Part shown: positions 30,803 through 45,900 of the stretch, piece after piece
Layout: each line of letters begins with the position of its first letter
Numbering within the stretch: position 1 is the stretch's first letter
Source: the human T2T-CHM13v2.0 reference genome, Homo sapiens
Strand: one strand, 5' to 3'
NCBI RefSeq assembly: GCF_009914755.1
Contig: NC_060946.1
Length of the DNA: 64,000 nt
Program-made: the position numbers and the translations under genes
The notes under the pieces: generated by a model
Told to the model about the DNA's origin: nothing
The model's database searches: none
Seen by the model: only the letters and a program-made list of their open reading frames with translations

Positions 30803-33800
30803 CTTTAGTCAAAGCCTGGAGAATAGTTACATCTAAAGGATGATCAGTTCAGAAATACGTCACAATGCCGCCTCCCTGCGGAGCCTAGAGAAGATTTGCA
30901 TCATTTGGGTGATCAGTGCAGAGATATATCACAACGTCCCCTGTACAAAAAGCCTGGAAATGATTTACATCACTTCGGTGATCAGTGCATGGGTATGTCA
31001 GAAATCCCCAATAGGCTGAACCTAGACAAGGGTTACATTACTTAGGTGATCAGTGTAGAGATATGCGAAAATTCCCGTGTAGACAGAGCCTAGACAAGTG
31101 TTACATCAACTAGTGATCAGCGCAGGGATAAGTCGTAAAGCCTCCCATAGGCAGAGTGTAGACAAGTGTTTCCTCCCTGGGGTGATCAGTGTAGAGATAG
31201 GTCACAAAGCCCCTGTAAGCAGAACCTTGACAAAGGTTACATCACCTGTTTGATCAGTGGAAATGTATATCACAAAGCCCACTGTAGGCAAAGCCCAGAC
31301 AACAGTTACATGACATGGGTGAGCAGTGGAGACATCTGTCACAATGCCCCTGTAGGCAGAGCTTAGACAAGGGTTACATCACCTGAGTGATCAGTGAAGA
31401 GATATGTCAAAACGCTCCTGTAGGCTGAACCTAGACAGGAGTTACATCACCCGGGTGATCAGTGCAGAGATATGTGAGAATTCCCGTGTAGGCATAGTCT
31501 ACACAAGTGTTACATCACCTAGGTTATCAGTACAGGTATAAGTCATAAAGCCTCCTGTAGGCAGAGTGTAGACAAGAGTTCCCTCCCCAGGGTGATCAGT
31601 GCAGAGATGTGTCACAAAGCCCGTGTAGGCAGAGCCTAGACAAGTGTTTCATCACTTGGTTGATCAGTTCAGAGATGTGTCAGAATGTCCATGTAGGCAG
31701 ATCTAAGACAAGAGTCCATCACCTGGGTGACAAGTTCAGAGATATATACCAATGTCCCCTGTAGGCAGTGCGTAGACTAGTGTTGCATCACCTCAGAGAT
31801 CAGTGCAGAGGTATTTCACAAAGCCTTCTGTAGGCAAAGCCCATACAAGGCTTATATTACCTAAGTGATCAGTGCAGTGACATGTCAAAAAAATCCCTGT
31901 AGACCGAGCCTAGAAAAGAGGTACATCACCTGGGTGATCAGTGCAGATATTTGACACAATGATCCCATAGACAGAGCCTAGACAAGACTTCCATCATCTT
32001 GGTGATCAGTGCAGAGATATCTCACATATCCCCCTCTAGGCAGAGTACGGAGAAGAGTCCCATCACCTGGGTGATCAGTGCAGAGATATTTCACAATGTA
32101 CCCTGTAGACAGAGAGTGGACAAGAGTTACATAACCTAGGTGATCTGTGCAGAGCTATGTCAAAACGCCCCTGTAGGGAGAGCCTAGATAAATGTTACAT
32201 CACCTGGGTGATCAGTGCAGAGATACGTCACAATACCCCCTGTAGGTGGAGCCTAGACAAGAGTTACATCAACTGGGTGATCAGTGCAGAGATATGTCAA
32301 AAAGCCCCCTGTAGACAAATCCCAGAAAATTGTTACATCACCTGGGTGATCAGTGGAGATATCTGTCACAATTCCCCTTCAGGCACAGCTTACACAAGCG
32401 TTACATCACATGAGTGATCATTGCAGAGATATGTCACTATGACCCCATAGGCAGATCCAAGACAAGGGTCCATCACCTGGGTGATCAGTGCAAAAATATG
32501 CCACAATGCCGCCAGTAGGCAGATATAGACAAGAGTTACATCACCTGCGTGATCACTGCAGAGATATGTCACAATGCCCCTTTAGGCAGAGCCTAGACAA
32601 GAGTCCCATCACCTAGGTGATCAGTGCAGAGTTACGTCAAAATGCCCCCTTTTGACAGAGCCTAGACAAGGTTTACATCACCTGGGTGATCAGTGCAGAG
32701 ATGTGTCACAAGACCCCTGTAGGCAGAGCCTAGACAAGGGTTACATCAGCTGTGTGATCAGTGCAGTGACATGTCACAATGTCCCTGTAGCTATATCCTT
32801 AAGAAAAGTGACATCACCTGGGTGATCAGTGCGGAGATATGTCACAATGTCTCCAGTAGGCACAGCATAGACAAGAGTTACATCACCTGGGTGATCAGGG
32901 CAGAGATGTGTCACAATGCCCCCTGTAAGCAAATCCCAGAGAGGAGTTGCATCACATCGGTGATCAGTGCAGAGTTATGTCTCAATGCCCCCTGCCAGCG
33001 AAGCTTATACAAGAGTTACATCATCTCGGTGATCAGTGCAGTGATATGTTAAAATGCCCCTGTAGGCAGAGCCTAGACAAGAGTTACATCACCTGGGTGA
33101 TCAGTGCAGAGATATCTCACAATACCCCCTGTAAGCAGAGCCTAGACAAGAGTTTCATCACCTGGGTGATCAGTGCAGAGATATGTCATAAATCCCACTG
33201 TACGCAAAGCCTAGACAAGTTTTACATCACCTCAGTGATAAGGGCAGTGATATCTCCCAATGTCCCTCTAGGCAGAGCTTAGACAAGAGTCACATCTCCT
33301 GGGTGATCACTGCAGAGATAAGTCACAATGCTCACGTAGGCAGAGCCTAGATGAGAGTTACATAACCCGGGTGATCCGTGCAGTGTGATATCACAACGCC
33401 CTCTGTAGGCAGAGACTAGAAAAGAGTTACATCTCCTGGGTGATCAGTGCAGAGATATGTCACAATGCCCCCTGCAGGCAGAGCATAGAGAAGAGTTGCA
33501 TCACCTGGGTGATCAGTGCAGAGATATGTCACAATGTCTCCTGTAGACAAAGCCTAGGCAAGAGTTACATCACCTTTGTCATCAGTTCAGGGATATGTGA
33601 AAACGCCCCTGTAGGCAGAGCCTAGACATGAGTTACATCACCCAGTTGATCAGTGTAGTGATATTTCACAATAACCCCTGTAGGCAGATCGTAGACAAGA
33701 GTTGAATCACCTGGGTGATCAGTGCAGAGATATTTCACAATGCCCCATTTGGGCAGAGGGTAGACAACAGTTACATCACCTAGGTGATCAGTGCAGAGAT

Positions 33801-36800
33801 TTGTCAAAATTCCCTGTAGGCAGTGCTTATAAAAGTGTTACATCACCTAAGTGTTCAGTGCAGAGATATGTCACAAAGCTCCTGTAGGCAGAACTTAGAT
33901 GAGTTACATCACCTGGGAGATCAGTGCAAAGGTATGTGACAAAGCCCCATGTAGGCAAAGCCTAGACAATAGTTACATCACTTGGGTGATCAGTGGCGAG
34001 ATCTCTCACAATTCCCCTGTAGGCAGAGCATATACAACAGTTACATCACCTGGGTGATCGGTGCAGAGATATGTCACAATGCCCCCATAGGCAGATCCAA
34101 GACAAGAGTCCGTCACCTGGGTGATCATTGCAGATATATGTGAGAATTCCCGTGTAGGCAAAGCATAGACAAGTGTTACATCACCTACGTTATCAGTGCA
34201 GGTATAAGTCATAAAGCCTCCTGTAGGCAGAGTGTAGACAAGAGTTCCCTCCCCAGGGTGTTCAGTGGAGAGATGTATCACAAAGCCCCTGTAGGCAGAG
34301 CCTAGACAAGTGTTTCATCACTTGGTTGATCAGTTCAGAGATGTGTCACAATGTCCATATAGGCAGATCTAAGACAAGAGTCCATCACCTGGGTGATCAG
34401 TGCAGAGATATGTACCAATGTCCCCTGTAGGCTGTGCCTAGACAAGAGTTGCATCACCTCAGAGATCAGTGCAGAGATATTTCACAAAGCCTTCTGTAGG
34501 CAAAGCCCATACAAGGCTTATGTCACCTAGGTGACCAGTGCAGTGATATGTCAAAATAATCCCTGTAGACAGAGACTAGAAAAGAGGTACATCACCTGGG
34601 TGATCAGTGCAGAAATTTGACACAATTCCCCCATAGACAGAGCCTAGACAAAATTTCCATCACCTGGGTGATCAGTGCAGAGATATGTCACAAATCCCCC
34701 TCTACGCAGAGTATAGAGAAGAGTCCCATCACCTGGGTGATCAGTGCAGAGATATTTCACAATGTCCCCTGTAGGCAGAGAGTGGGCAAGAGTTACATAA
34801 CCTAGGTGATCTTTGCAGAGCTATGACAAAACGCCCCTGTAGGCAGAGCCTAGATAAATGTTACATCACCTGGGTGATCAGTGCAGAGATACGTCACAAT
34901 ACCCCCTGTAGGTGGAGCCTAGACAAGAGTTACATCACCTGGGTGATCAGTTCAGTGATATGTCACAAAGCCCCTGTAGGCAGAGCCTAAACAAGAGTTA
35001 CATCACCTGGGTGATCAGTACAGAAATATGTCACAAAGCCCCTGTAGGCCGAGCCTAGACAAGAGTTACATCACCTGGGTGATCAGTACAGAAATATGTC
35101 ACAAAGCCCCTGTAGGCCGAGCCTAGGCAAGAGTTACATCTCCTGGGTGATCAGTGCAAACATATGTCACAAAGCCCCCTGTAGACAAATCCCAGAAAAT
35201 TGTTACCTCACCTTGGTGATCAGTGGAGATATCTGTCACAATTCCCCCTTAGGCGCAGCTTAGACAAGCGTTACATCATATGAGTGATCATTGCATGGAT
35301 ATGTCACTAGGCCCCCATATGCAGATCCAAGACAAGAGTCCATCACCTGGGTGATCAGTGCAGAAATATGCCACAATGCCACCAGTAGGCAGATATAGAC
35401 AAGACTTACATCACCTGCGTGATCAATGCAGAGATATGTCACAATGCTCCTGTAGGCAGAGCCTAGACAAGAATCCCATCACCTGGGTGATCAGTGAAGA
35501 GTTATGTCACAATGCTCCATTTTGGCAGAGCCTAGACAAAGGTTACTTCACCTGGGTGATCAGTGCACAGATATATCACAATGCCACTGTAGGCAGAGCC
35601 TAGACAAGAGATACATGACCTATATGATCAGTGCAGAGATACATATCAAACCCCTTGTAGGCAGAGCTGTGACAAGTGGTACATCATCTGGGTGATTATT
35701 GCGGGGATATGTCACAAAGCACCCTGTAGGCGTATCCTAGACAAGAGATACATCACCTGGGTGATCAGTGCAGAGATGTGTCACAAGACCCCTGTAGGCA
35801 GAGCCTAGACAAGGGTTATATCACCTGGGTGATCAGTGCAGTAATATGTCACAATGCCATGTTGCTAGAGCTTAGAGAAAAGTTACATCACCTGGGAGAT
35901 CAGTGCAGAGATATGTCACAATGCCCCCAGTAGGCAGAGCCCAGACAAGAGTTGGATCACCTCGGGATCAGTGCAGAGATATGTCTCAACTCCCCTGTGG
36001 GCACAGCCTAGAGAAGAATTACATCACATCGGTTAACAGTGCAGAGATATGTCAAAATGCCCCTGTAGGCAGAGCCTTCACAAGTGTTACATCACTTACA
36101 TTATCAGTGCAGAGATATGTTACAATATCCCCTGTATGCAGAGCCTAGACAACAGTTACATCACCTAGGTGATCAGTGTAGACATATGTGACAAGGCCCC
36201 TTTAATCAGAGCCTGGACAATAGTTACATCAGCTGAGTGATCAGTGCAGAGATCTGTCACAATGCCACTTTAGGCAGAGCTTAGACTAGAGTTACATCAC
36301 CTGGGTGATCAGTGCGGAGATATTTCACAATGTCCCCATAGGCAGATCCAAGACAAGAGTCCATCACCTGGGTGATCGGTGCAGAAATATGTGACAATGT
36401 CTCCAATAGGCAGAGCCTAGTGAAGAGTCCCATCACCTGGGTGATCAGTGAAGAGTTATGCCACAAAGCCCCCTGTAGGCAGAGCCTAGACAAGACTTAG
36501 ATCACCTTGTTGATCAGTAAAGATATATTTCACAATGCCCCTGCAGGCAATGCGTAACCAAGAGTTACATCAAGTAGATGATCAGTGCAGAGATATGTCA
36601 CTGGGCCTTCTATAGACAGAGCCTGGAGAAGAGTTACATCATCTCGCTGATCAATGGAGTGATATGTCACTAGGCCTCAGAATTCACAGCCTATTCAAGC
36701 GTTACATCACCTGGGTGATCAGTGCAGGGATATGTCACAAATCCCTCATATACAGAGCCTAGACAAGAGTCCCATCACCTGGGTGATCAGTGCAGAAATA

Positions 36801-36984
36801 TGTCATGATGCCCCCTAGGCAGATCCAACACAAGAGTTACATCACCTGGGTGATCACTGAAGATATATGTCACAATGCCACCGTAGGCAGAGTCTAGTCA
36901 AAAGTCCCATCACCTGGGTGATCAGTGCAGAGATAGGTCACAATGCTCCCATACACAGAGCCTATAAAATAGTCTCATCACCTG
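30803..36984 (+). repeat. Beta satellite block 4
   Basis: ~68-bp monomers ending abruptly at ...CATCACCTG (36984). Confidence 0.96.
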
Positions 36985-39900
36985 CAGTACAGGCTGTGTG
37001 ACACAGGGAGACCCTGTTGAAAGAAAGGAGTGGAATGGAAGGGATTGGAATGGATTGGAATGGATTGGAGTGGAGTGGAGTGGAATTGAGTGGAGTGGAG
37101 TGGAGTGCAGTGGAATGGAATGGAATGGAATAGTGAAATGAAAAGTGAGCTGAGATTGTGCCACTACACACCAGCCTGGGTGACTGAGTGAGATACTGTC
37201 AAAAGAAAGTACTGGAATGGAATGGAGTGGAATGGAATGGAATGGGGTGGAATGTAATGTAATGGAGTTGAGAGCAGTGGAGTGGAGTGGAGTAGAAAGA
37301 AGTGGAATGGAATGGGATGGAAAGAAAAGGACTGGAGTGGACTGGACTGGGGTGGAGTGGAGTGGAATAGATTTGAGTGGAGTGGAGTGGAGTGGAATTT
37401 AATGGAGTAGAATGCAATGAAATGGTGAAATGAAATGTGAGCTGAGATTCTGCCACTGCTCTCCAGGCTGGGTGACAGAATGAGATACTCTCGAAAGAAA
37501 GGAATGGAATTGAATGCAGTGGAATGGAATGGAATGCAGTAGAGTGGAGCGGAGTGGAGTGGAGCGGAGTGGAGTGGAGTGAAGTGGAGTAGAGTGCAAT
37601 CCAGAGGAATGGAAAAAGATGGAATGGAATGGAATGAAGAGGAGTGGAGTGAGGTGGAGTGGAGTGCAGTGGTATGGAGCGGAATGGAATGGGATGGATT
37701 GCAATAGAGTGGAGTGGAGTGCAGTGGAGTGAAGTGGGCTGGAATGGAGTGGAATGGGATCGGGTGTAACGGAATGTAGTGCAGTGCAGGGGAGTGGAGT
37801 GGAACAGAGTGGAATGGAAAGGAATTGAATGGAATGGAAAGGACTGGAATGGAATGGAATGGAATGGAATGGAATGGAATGCAATGGAATGCAATGGAAT
37901 AGAATGCAATGCAATGGAAAGATGACATGTAATGTGAGCTGAGATTGTGCCACTGCACACCATTCAGGGTGACACAGTGATATCCTATTGAAAGAAATGA
38001 ATGGATTGCAACGGAGTGGAATGGAGTGGAGTGGAGTGGAATGGAAAGGGAAGGAGTGGAATGGAATGCAGTGGACTGGAGTGGAGTGTAATAGAGTGGA
38101 ATGGAATGGGATGGAATGGAATGCAATCGAATGGTGAAAAGAAATCTCAGCTCAGACTGTGCCGCTGCACTCCAGCATTTGTGACATAGTGAGTTCCTGT
38201 GGAAAGAAAGGAATGGAATGGAATGGAGTGGAATGGAATGCAGTGCAGTGTAGTGGAGAGGAGTATAGTGGAGTCGAGTGGAGAGGAATGGAGTGGAGTG
38301 GAGTTGACTAAAGTGGAATTGAGTGGAGTGGAGTGGAGTGGAATAGAGTGTCATGCAGTGGAATGCAGTAGAGTGGAATGGAGTGGCATGGGGTGGAATG
38401 CAGTGGAGTGGAGTGGAATGGAGATGAGTGGACTGGAGTGAAGTAGAGTGGAATGGAATGGAGTGGAGTGGAATGGAGTGACACGGATTGGAATGGAGTG
38501 GAGTGGACTGGAGTGGAATGGAATGAAATGGTGAAAAGAAATGTGTGACACAGGGAGATCCTGTTGAAAGAAAGGAGAGGAAAGGAAGGGATTGGAATGG
38601 AATGGAATGGAATCGTTTGGAGTGGAGTGGAATGGAATTGACAGGAGTGGAGTGGAGTGCAGTGGAATGGAATGGAATGGAGTGGAATGGTGAAATGAAA
38701 TGTGAGCTGAGATTGTGCCACTGAATACCAGCCTGGTTGATAGAGTGAGATCCTGTCAAAAGAAAGGAATGGAATGGAATGGAGTGGAATGGAATGGATT
38801 GGAGTGGAGTGGAGGGGAGTGGAGTGGAAAGGAGTGGAATGGAATGGGATGGAATGGAAAGGACTGGAATGGACTGGAATTGAGTGGCGTGGAGGGGAAT
38901 GTACTGGAGTGGAGTGGAGTGGAATAGAAAGGAAGAGAATGGAATGGAATGGAATGGTGAAATGTAATATGAGCTGAGATTGTGCCACTATGCCCCAGGC
39001 TGTGTTACAGAGTGAGATACTCTCGATAGAAAGGAATGGAATGGAATGCAGTGTAATGGAATGGAATGGAATGGAATGGAGTGGACTGGAGAGGAGTGGA
39101 GTGGAGTGAAGTGCAGTGGAGTGGAATGGAGAGTAATGGAATGAGATGGAATGGAATGGAATGAAGTGGAATGGAGTGGGGTGGAGCAGAGTGCAGTCGA
39201 ATGGAGCGGAATGGAATGGGGTCGAATGGAATGGAGTGGAGCGGAGTGCAGTGGAGTGGAGACGAGTGGAATAGAGTGGAATGGAATCAGATGTAATGGA
39301 ATGTAGAGGAGTGGAGAGGAGTGGAGTCGAACAGAGTGGAATGGAATGGAATGGAATGGAAAGGAATGGAATGCAATTGAATGCAAAGCAATGGAAAGTT
39401 GACATGTAATGTGAGCTAAGATAGTGCCACTGCACTCCACCCTGGGTGACACGGTGATTTCCAGTGTAAAGGAAGCTATGGAATGCAATGGAGTGAAATG
39501 GTATGGAACAGAATGGAATGAAGTTGAGTGGAGTGGAGTGGAGTTTAGTGGAATGTTGTCGAATGGAATGGGATGGAGTGGAATGGAATGGAGTGGAGTG
39601 GAGTGAAATAGAGAGGAATGGAATGGGATGGAATGGAATGCAAAGGAATGGTGAAAGGAATTGTGAGCTAAGGTTGTGCCACTGCACTGCAGCCTCTGTG
39701 ACAGAGTGAGATCCTTTGGAAAGAAAGGAAAGGATTGGTATAGAATGGAATGGAGTGGAGTGGAGTGGAGTGGTGTGGAATGGAATGGAGTGGAGTGGAA
39801 TGGAATGGAATGGACTGGAATGGAATATAATGGAAAGCAATGGAATGCAATGGAATAGAATGCAGTGAAATGGAGTGTTGACATGTAATGTGAAAAGAGA

Positions 39901-42900
39901 TTGTGCCACTGCACTCCAGCCTGGGTGACACAGTGATATCCTGTCGAAAGAAAGGAATGGAATGCAATGGAGTGAAATGGAATGGAATGGAAAGGAGTGG
40001 AGAGGAGTGGAGTGGAGTGGAGTAAAGTGGCTTGGAGTGGAATGCAATGGATTGGAATAGGGTGGAGAGGAATGGAATGGAGTGGAATGGAATGGTATGG
40101 AACGGAACGGAATGGAGTGGAGTGGAATGGAGAGGAATGGATGGAGTGGAGTGGAATGCAATCGAATGGAATGTAATGGAAGGGAATGGAATGGAGTGGA
40201 ATGGAATGAAGTGGAATGGAGTGGAGTGGAATGGAGTGGAGTGGAGAGGAATGGAGTGGAGAGGAGTGGAATGGAGTGGAGTGGAGTGGAATGGAATGGA
40301 GAGGAATTGAACGGAATAGAGTGGAATGGAGTGCAAAAGAGTGGAATGGAATGTAGTGGAATGAAATGGAGTGGAGTGGACTGCAGTAGAGTGGAATGGA
40401 ATGCAGTGGAATGGAATGTAGTGTAATACCATGGAATGGAATGGAACGGAATGGAATGGAATGGAATGAAATGGTGAAAAGAAATGTGTGCTGAGACTGT
40501 GCAAATGCACTACAGCCTGTGTGACAGAGGGAGATCCTATTGAAAGAAAGGCGTGGAATGGAAGGGATTGGAATGGAAGAATTGGACTGGAGTGGAGTCG
40601 AATTGAGAGGAGTGGAGTGGAGTAGAGTGCAGTGGAAAAGAATGGAATGGAATGGAATGCTGAAGTGAAATGTGAGATGAGACTGTGCCACTGCACACCA
40701 GCCTGGGTGACAGAGTGAGATTCTGTCAAAAGAAAGGAATGGAATGGAATGGAGTGGAATGGAATGGAATGGAATGGAATGGAATGGAGTGGAGTGGAGT
40801 GGAGTGGAAAGGAGAGGAATGGCGTGGGATGGAATGGAGTGGAGTGGACTGGAATAGAGTGGAGTGGAGTGGAGAGGAATGGATTGGAGTGGAGTGGAGA
40901 AGAGTGGAGGGGAGTGGAATGGAATGGAATGGAATGGAATCGTGAAATGAAATGTGACCCGAGATTGTGTCACTGCACTCCAGGCTGGATGACAGAGTGA
41001 GATTCTTTCAAAAGAAAGGAATAGAATGAAATGCAGTGGAATGGAATGGAGTGGACTGGAGTGGAATGGAGTGGGGTGAAGTGGAGTGGACTGAAATGGG
41101 ATGGAATGGAATGCAATGATATGGAGATGAGTGGGGTGGAGGGGACTGCAGTGGAATGGAGCATAATGGAATGGTATGGAGTGGAATGGAGTGGAGTGCA
41201 GTGGACAGGAGAGGAATGAAATGGAGTGGAATGGAATCGGATGTAATGGAATTAAGTGGAGTGGAGTGGAGTGGAACGGAGTGGTATGGAATGGAATTGA
41301 ATGGAATGGAATTGAATGGTGAAATGAAGTGTGATCTAAGATTGTGCCACTGAACTCCAGTCTGGTTGATAGAGTGAGATCCAGTAGAAATAAAGGAATG
41401 GAATGGAATGGAGTAGAATGGAATGGAATGGAGTGGAGTGCAGTGGAATGGAGTAGAGTGGAATGGAGGGGAGTGAAATGGAGTGGAATGGAGTGGAATG
41501 GAATTGCATGGAATGGAGTGGAATGGAATGGAATGGAGTGGAGTGGAGAGGAGTAGAGTGGAATGGAACGGAGTGGAATGGATTGGAGTGGAATGGAGTG
41601 GAGTGGAATGGAATGGAAAGGAGTGGAGTGGAATGGAGTGGAGTGGAATGGAATGTAAAGGAGTGGAGTGGAATGGAATGGCATGGAATGGAGTGGAATG
41701 GAATGGAATGGAGTGGAGCGGAGAGGAGTAGAGTTGAATGGAGTGGAGCGGAATGGTGTGGAGTAGAATGTAATGGAAAAGAGTGGAATGGAATGGAATG
41801 GAATGGAATGGAATGGAGTGCAATGGAATGGAATGGAGTGGAATGAAATGGAGTGGGGTGGAGTGAAATGCAGTGGAGTGGAATGGGGTGGAATGGAATG
41901 GAGTCTCATGGAATGGGATGGAATGGAATGGAATGGAGTGGAGTGGAGTGCAGTGCAGTGGAGTGGAATGAAATAGAGTGGAATGGAATGGGATGGAATG
42001 GAATGCAATGGAATGGTGAAAAGAAATGTGAGCTGAGATTGTGATACTGCACTCCAGCTTTTGTGACAGAGTGAGATCCTGTGGAAAGAAAGGAATGGAA
42101 TGGAATGGAGTGGAATGTAATGCAGTGGAGAGGAGTGGAGTGGAGTGGAATGTAATGCAGTGGAGAGGAGTGGAGTGGAGTGGAATGTAATGCAGTGGAG
42201 GGGAGTGGAGTAGAGTGGAATGGAATGGAGTGAAGTGGAGAGGAATGGAGTGGCATGGAGTGGAATGGAATGGAGTGGAGTGGAGTGGAATGGAGAGGAG
42301 TGGAGTGGAGTGGAGTGCAGTGGAAGGGATTGCAATGGAAAGGAATAGAGTGGAATGGAATGGAATGAAATGGTGAAAAGAAATGTGTGCTGAGATTGTG
42401 CCACTGTGCTACAGCCTGTGTGACACAGGGAGATCCTGTCGAAACAAAGGAGTGGAATGTAAGGGATTGGAATGGAATGGAATGGAATGGATTGGAGTGG
42501 AGTGGAATGGAATTGAGTGGAGTGGAGTGCAGTGGAATGGAATGGACTGGAGTGGAATGGTGAAATGAAATATGAGCTGAGATTGTGCCACTGCACACAA
42601 GCCTGGGTGACAGAGAGAGACCCAGTCAAAACAAAGGAATAGAATGGAGTGGAATGGAATGGAGTGGATTGCAGGGGAGTGGAGTGGAAAGGAGTGGAAT
42701 GGAAAGGAGTGGAATGGAATGGAGTGGAGTGGAATGCATTGGAGTGGAGTGGAGTCGAATGGAATGGAATGGAATAGAATGGAAAGGAATGGTGAAATGA
42801 AATGTGTGCTGAGATTGTGCCACTACACTCCGGGCTGGGTGACAGAGTGAGATAACCTCGAAAGAAAGGAATGGAATGGAATGCAGTGTAATGGAATGGA

Positions 42901-45900
42901 ATGGAATGGAATGGAATGGAATGGAGTGAACTGGAGAGGAGTGGAGTGGAGAGAAGTGGAGTGGAGTGAAATAGAAGGGAATGGAATGGGATGGAATGGA
43001 ATGGAATGAAGTGGAGTGGAGTGGGGTGGAGGGAACTGCAGTGGAATGGAGCGGAATGGATTGGGATGGAGTGGAATGGAGTGGAGTGGAGTGGAGTGGA
43101 GAGGAGTGGAATGTAGTGGAATGGAATCGGATGTAATGGAATGTAGAGGAGTGGAGTGGAGTGGAGTCGAATGGAGTGGAATGGAAGGGAAAGGAATGGA
43201 ATGGAATGGATGTAATGGAAAGCAATGGAATGCAATTGAATGCAATGGAATAGAATGCAATGCAATGGAAAGTTGACATGTAATATGAGCTGAGATAGTG
43301 CCACTGCACTCAAGCCTGGGTGACACAGTGATATACAGTGGAAAGGAAGCTATGGATTGCAATGGAGTGAAATGTTATGGAATGGAATGGAATGGATTTG
43401 AGTGGAGTGGAATGGAGTTTAGTGCAATGGAGTCGACTGGAATGGGATGGAGTGGAATGGAGTGGAGTGGAGTGAAATAGAGAGGAATGGAATGGGATGG
43501 AATGGAATGGAATTGAGTGGTGAAAAGAAATGTGAGCTGAGATTGTGCCACTGCACTCCAGCCTCTTTGACAGAGTGAGATCCTTTGGAAAGAAAGGAAA
43601 GGAATGGTATGGAATGGAATGGAATGGAATGGAATGGAATGGAGTGGAGTGGAGTGGAGAGGAGTGGAATGGAGAGGAGTGGAGTGGAATGGAGTGGAGT
43701 GGAATGGAATGGAGTGGAGTGGAGTGGAGAGGAGTGGAATGGACAGGAGTGGAGTGGAATGGAGTGGAGTGGAATGGAATGGAGTGGAGTGGAATGGAAT
43801 GGAATGAAGTGGAATGGAATTGAATGGAGTGGAATGGAATGGAATGGAGTGGGATGGAATGCAATAGAAATGAATGGAATGGAATGAAACGGAATGGAAC
43901 GGAATGGAATGGAGTGGAAAGGAATGGTGAAAAGAAATGTGTGCTGAGATTGTGCCACTGCACTACACCCTGTGTGAGAGAGGGAGAAATTGTCAAAAGA
44001 AAGGAGTGGAATGGAAGGGACTGGAATTGTACGGAATGGAATAGGTTGGAGTGGAGTGGAGTGGAATTCAGTGTATTGGAGTGGAGTGCAGTGGAATGGA
44101 ATGGAATGGAATGGTGAAATGAAAAATGGGTTGAGATTGTGCCACTGCACTTCTGCCTGGGTGACAGTGTGATCCTGTCAAACGAAGGGAATGAAATCTA
44201 ATGGAGTGGAATGGAATGGAATGGAGTGGAGTAGAGTGGATTGGAGATGAAAGGAGTGCAATGGAATGGGATGGAAGGGAAAGGAGTGGAGTGGAATGGA
44301 ATGGAGTGGAGTGAAGTGGAATGGATTGCAATGGAGTGGAGAGGAGTAGAGCAGAATGGAACTGAACGGAACGGAATTCAATGGAATGGTGAAATGAAAT
44401 GTCAGCTGAGATTGTGCCACTGCTCTCCAGGCAGGGTGACGGAGTGAGATACTCTCAAAAGAAAGGAATGGAATGGAATGCAGTGGAATGGAATGGATTG
44501 GAATGGAGTGAACTGGAGTGGAGTGGAGTGGAGTGAAGTAGAGTGGAGTGGAATGGAGAGGAATGGAATGGGATGGAATGGAATGGAATGGAGTGGAGTG
44601 GAGTGGGGTGGAGGGGAGTCCAGTGGAATGAAGCGGAATGGAATGTGATGGAGTGGAATGGAGTGGTGTAGAGAGAAGGGGAGTGGAGAGGAGTGGAATG
44701 GAGTGGAATGCAATTGGATGTGATGGAATATAGTGGAGTGGAGAGGAGTGGAATGGGATGGAATGTTGTGGAGTGGAGTGGAGTGGAAAGGAAAGGAATG
44801 GAATAGAATGGAATGGAATGCAATGCAATGGAATGCAATGGAATGGAATGCAATGCAATGGAATGCAATGGAATGCAATGAAATTCAATGGAATGCAAAG
44901 GAATAGAATGCAATGAAATGGAAAGTTGTCATGTAATGTGAGCAGAGACAGTGCCACTGCTCTCCAGCCTGAGTGACACAGTGATATAGTGTCGAAAGAA
45001 AGGAATGGAATGCAAAGGAGTGAAATGGAATGGAATGAAAAGGAGTGCAGTGAAGTGGACTGGAGTGGAGAGGAGTGGAGTGGAGTGGACTGCAATGGAA
45101 TGGAATGGAATGGAGAGGAATGGAATGGTAAGGAATAGAATGGTAAGGAATTGAGTGGAGTGTAATGGAAGGGAGAGGAATGGGGTGGAATGGAGTGGAA
45201 TGCAATGGAATGGAATAGAATGGAAGGGAATGGAATGGACTGGAAGGGAATGGAATGGAGTGGAGTGGAATGAAATGGAATGGAGTGGAGTGGAATGGAG
45301 TGGATTTGAGTGGAATGGAGTGGAGAGGAGTGGAGTGGAGGGGAATGGAATGGATTGGAATGAAATGGAATGGAGTGGAATGGAGCGGAAAAGAGTGAAA
45401 TGGCATGTGGTGGAATGAAATGTAGTGGAGTGGACTGGAGTAGAGTGAAATGGAATGCAGTGGAATGGAATGAAGTGTAATGGAATGGAATGGAAAGGAA
45501 TGAAATGGAATGGAATGGAATGAAATGGAATGAAATGGAATGGAATGAAATGATGAAAAGGAATGTGTGCTGAGTTTGTGCCACGTGCTACAGCCTGTGT
45601 GACACAGGGAGATCCTGTTGAAAGAAAGGAGTGGAATGGAAGGGATTGGAATGGAATGGAATGGAATGGAGTGGAGTGGAGTGGAGTAGAATTCAGTGGA
45701 GTGGAGTAGAGTGCAGTGGAATAGAATGGAATGGAATGAAATGATGAAGTAAAATGTGAGATGAGATTGTGCCATTGCACACAAGCATTGGTGACAGAGT
45801 GAGATCCTGTCAAAAGAAAGGAATGGAAAGGAAAGGAGTGGAATGGAATGGAGTGGAATGGACTGGAGTGGGGTGGATTGGAGTGGAGTGCAAAGGAGTG

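Noticed and set aside
38988-43313. 1441-aa minus-strand ORF and the many other HSIPF/MEWNG-type ORFs from 36922 to 64000
   Set aside because: CATTC/CACTC pentamers contain no stop codons, so long low-complexity frames are expected; these are not genes.
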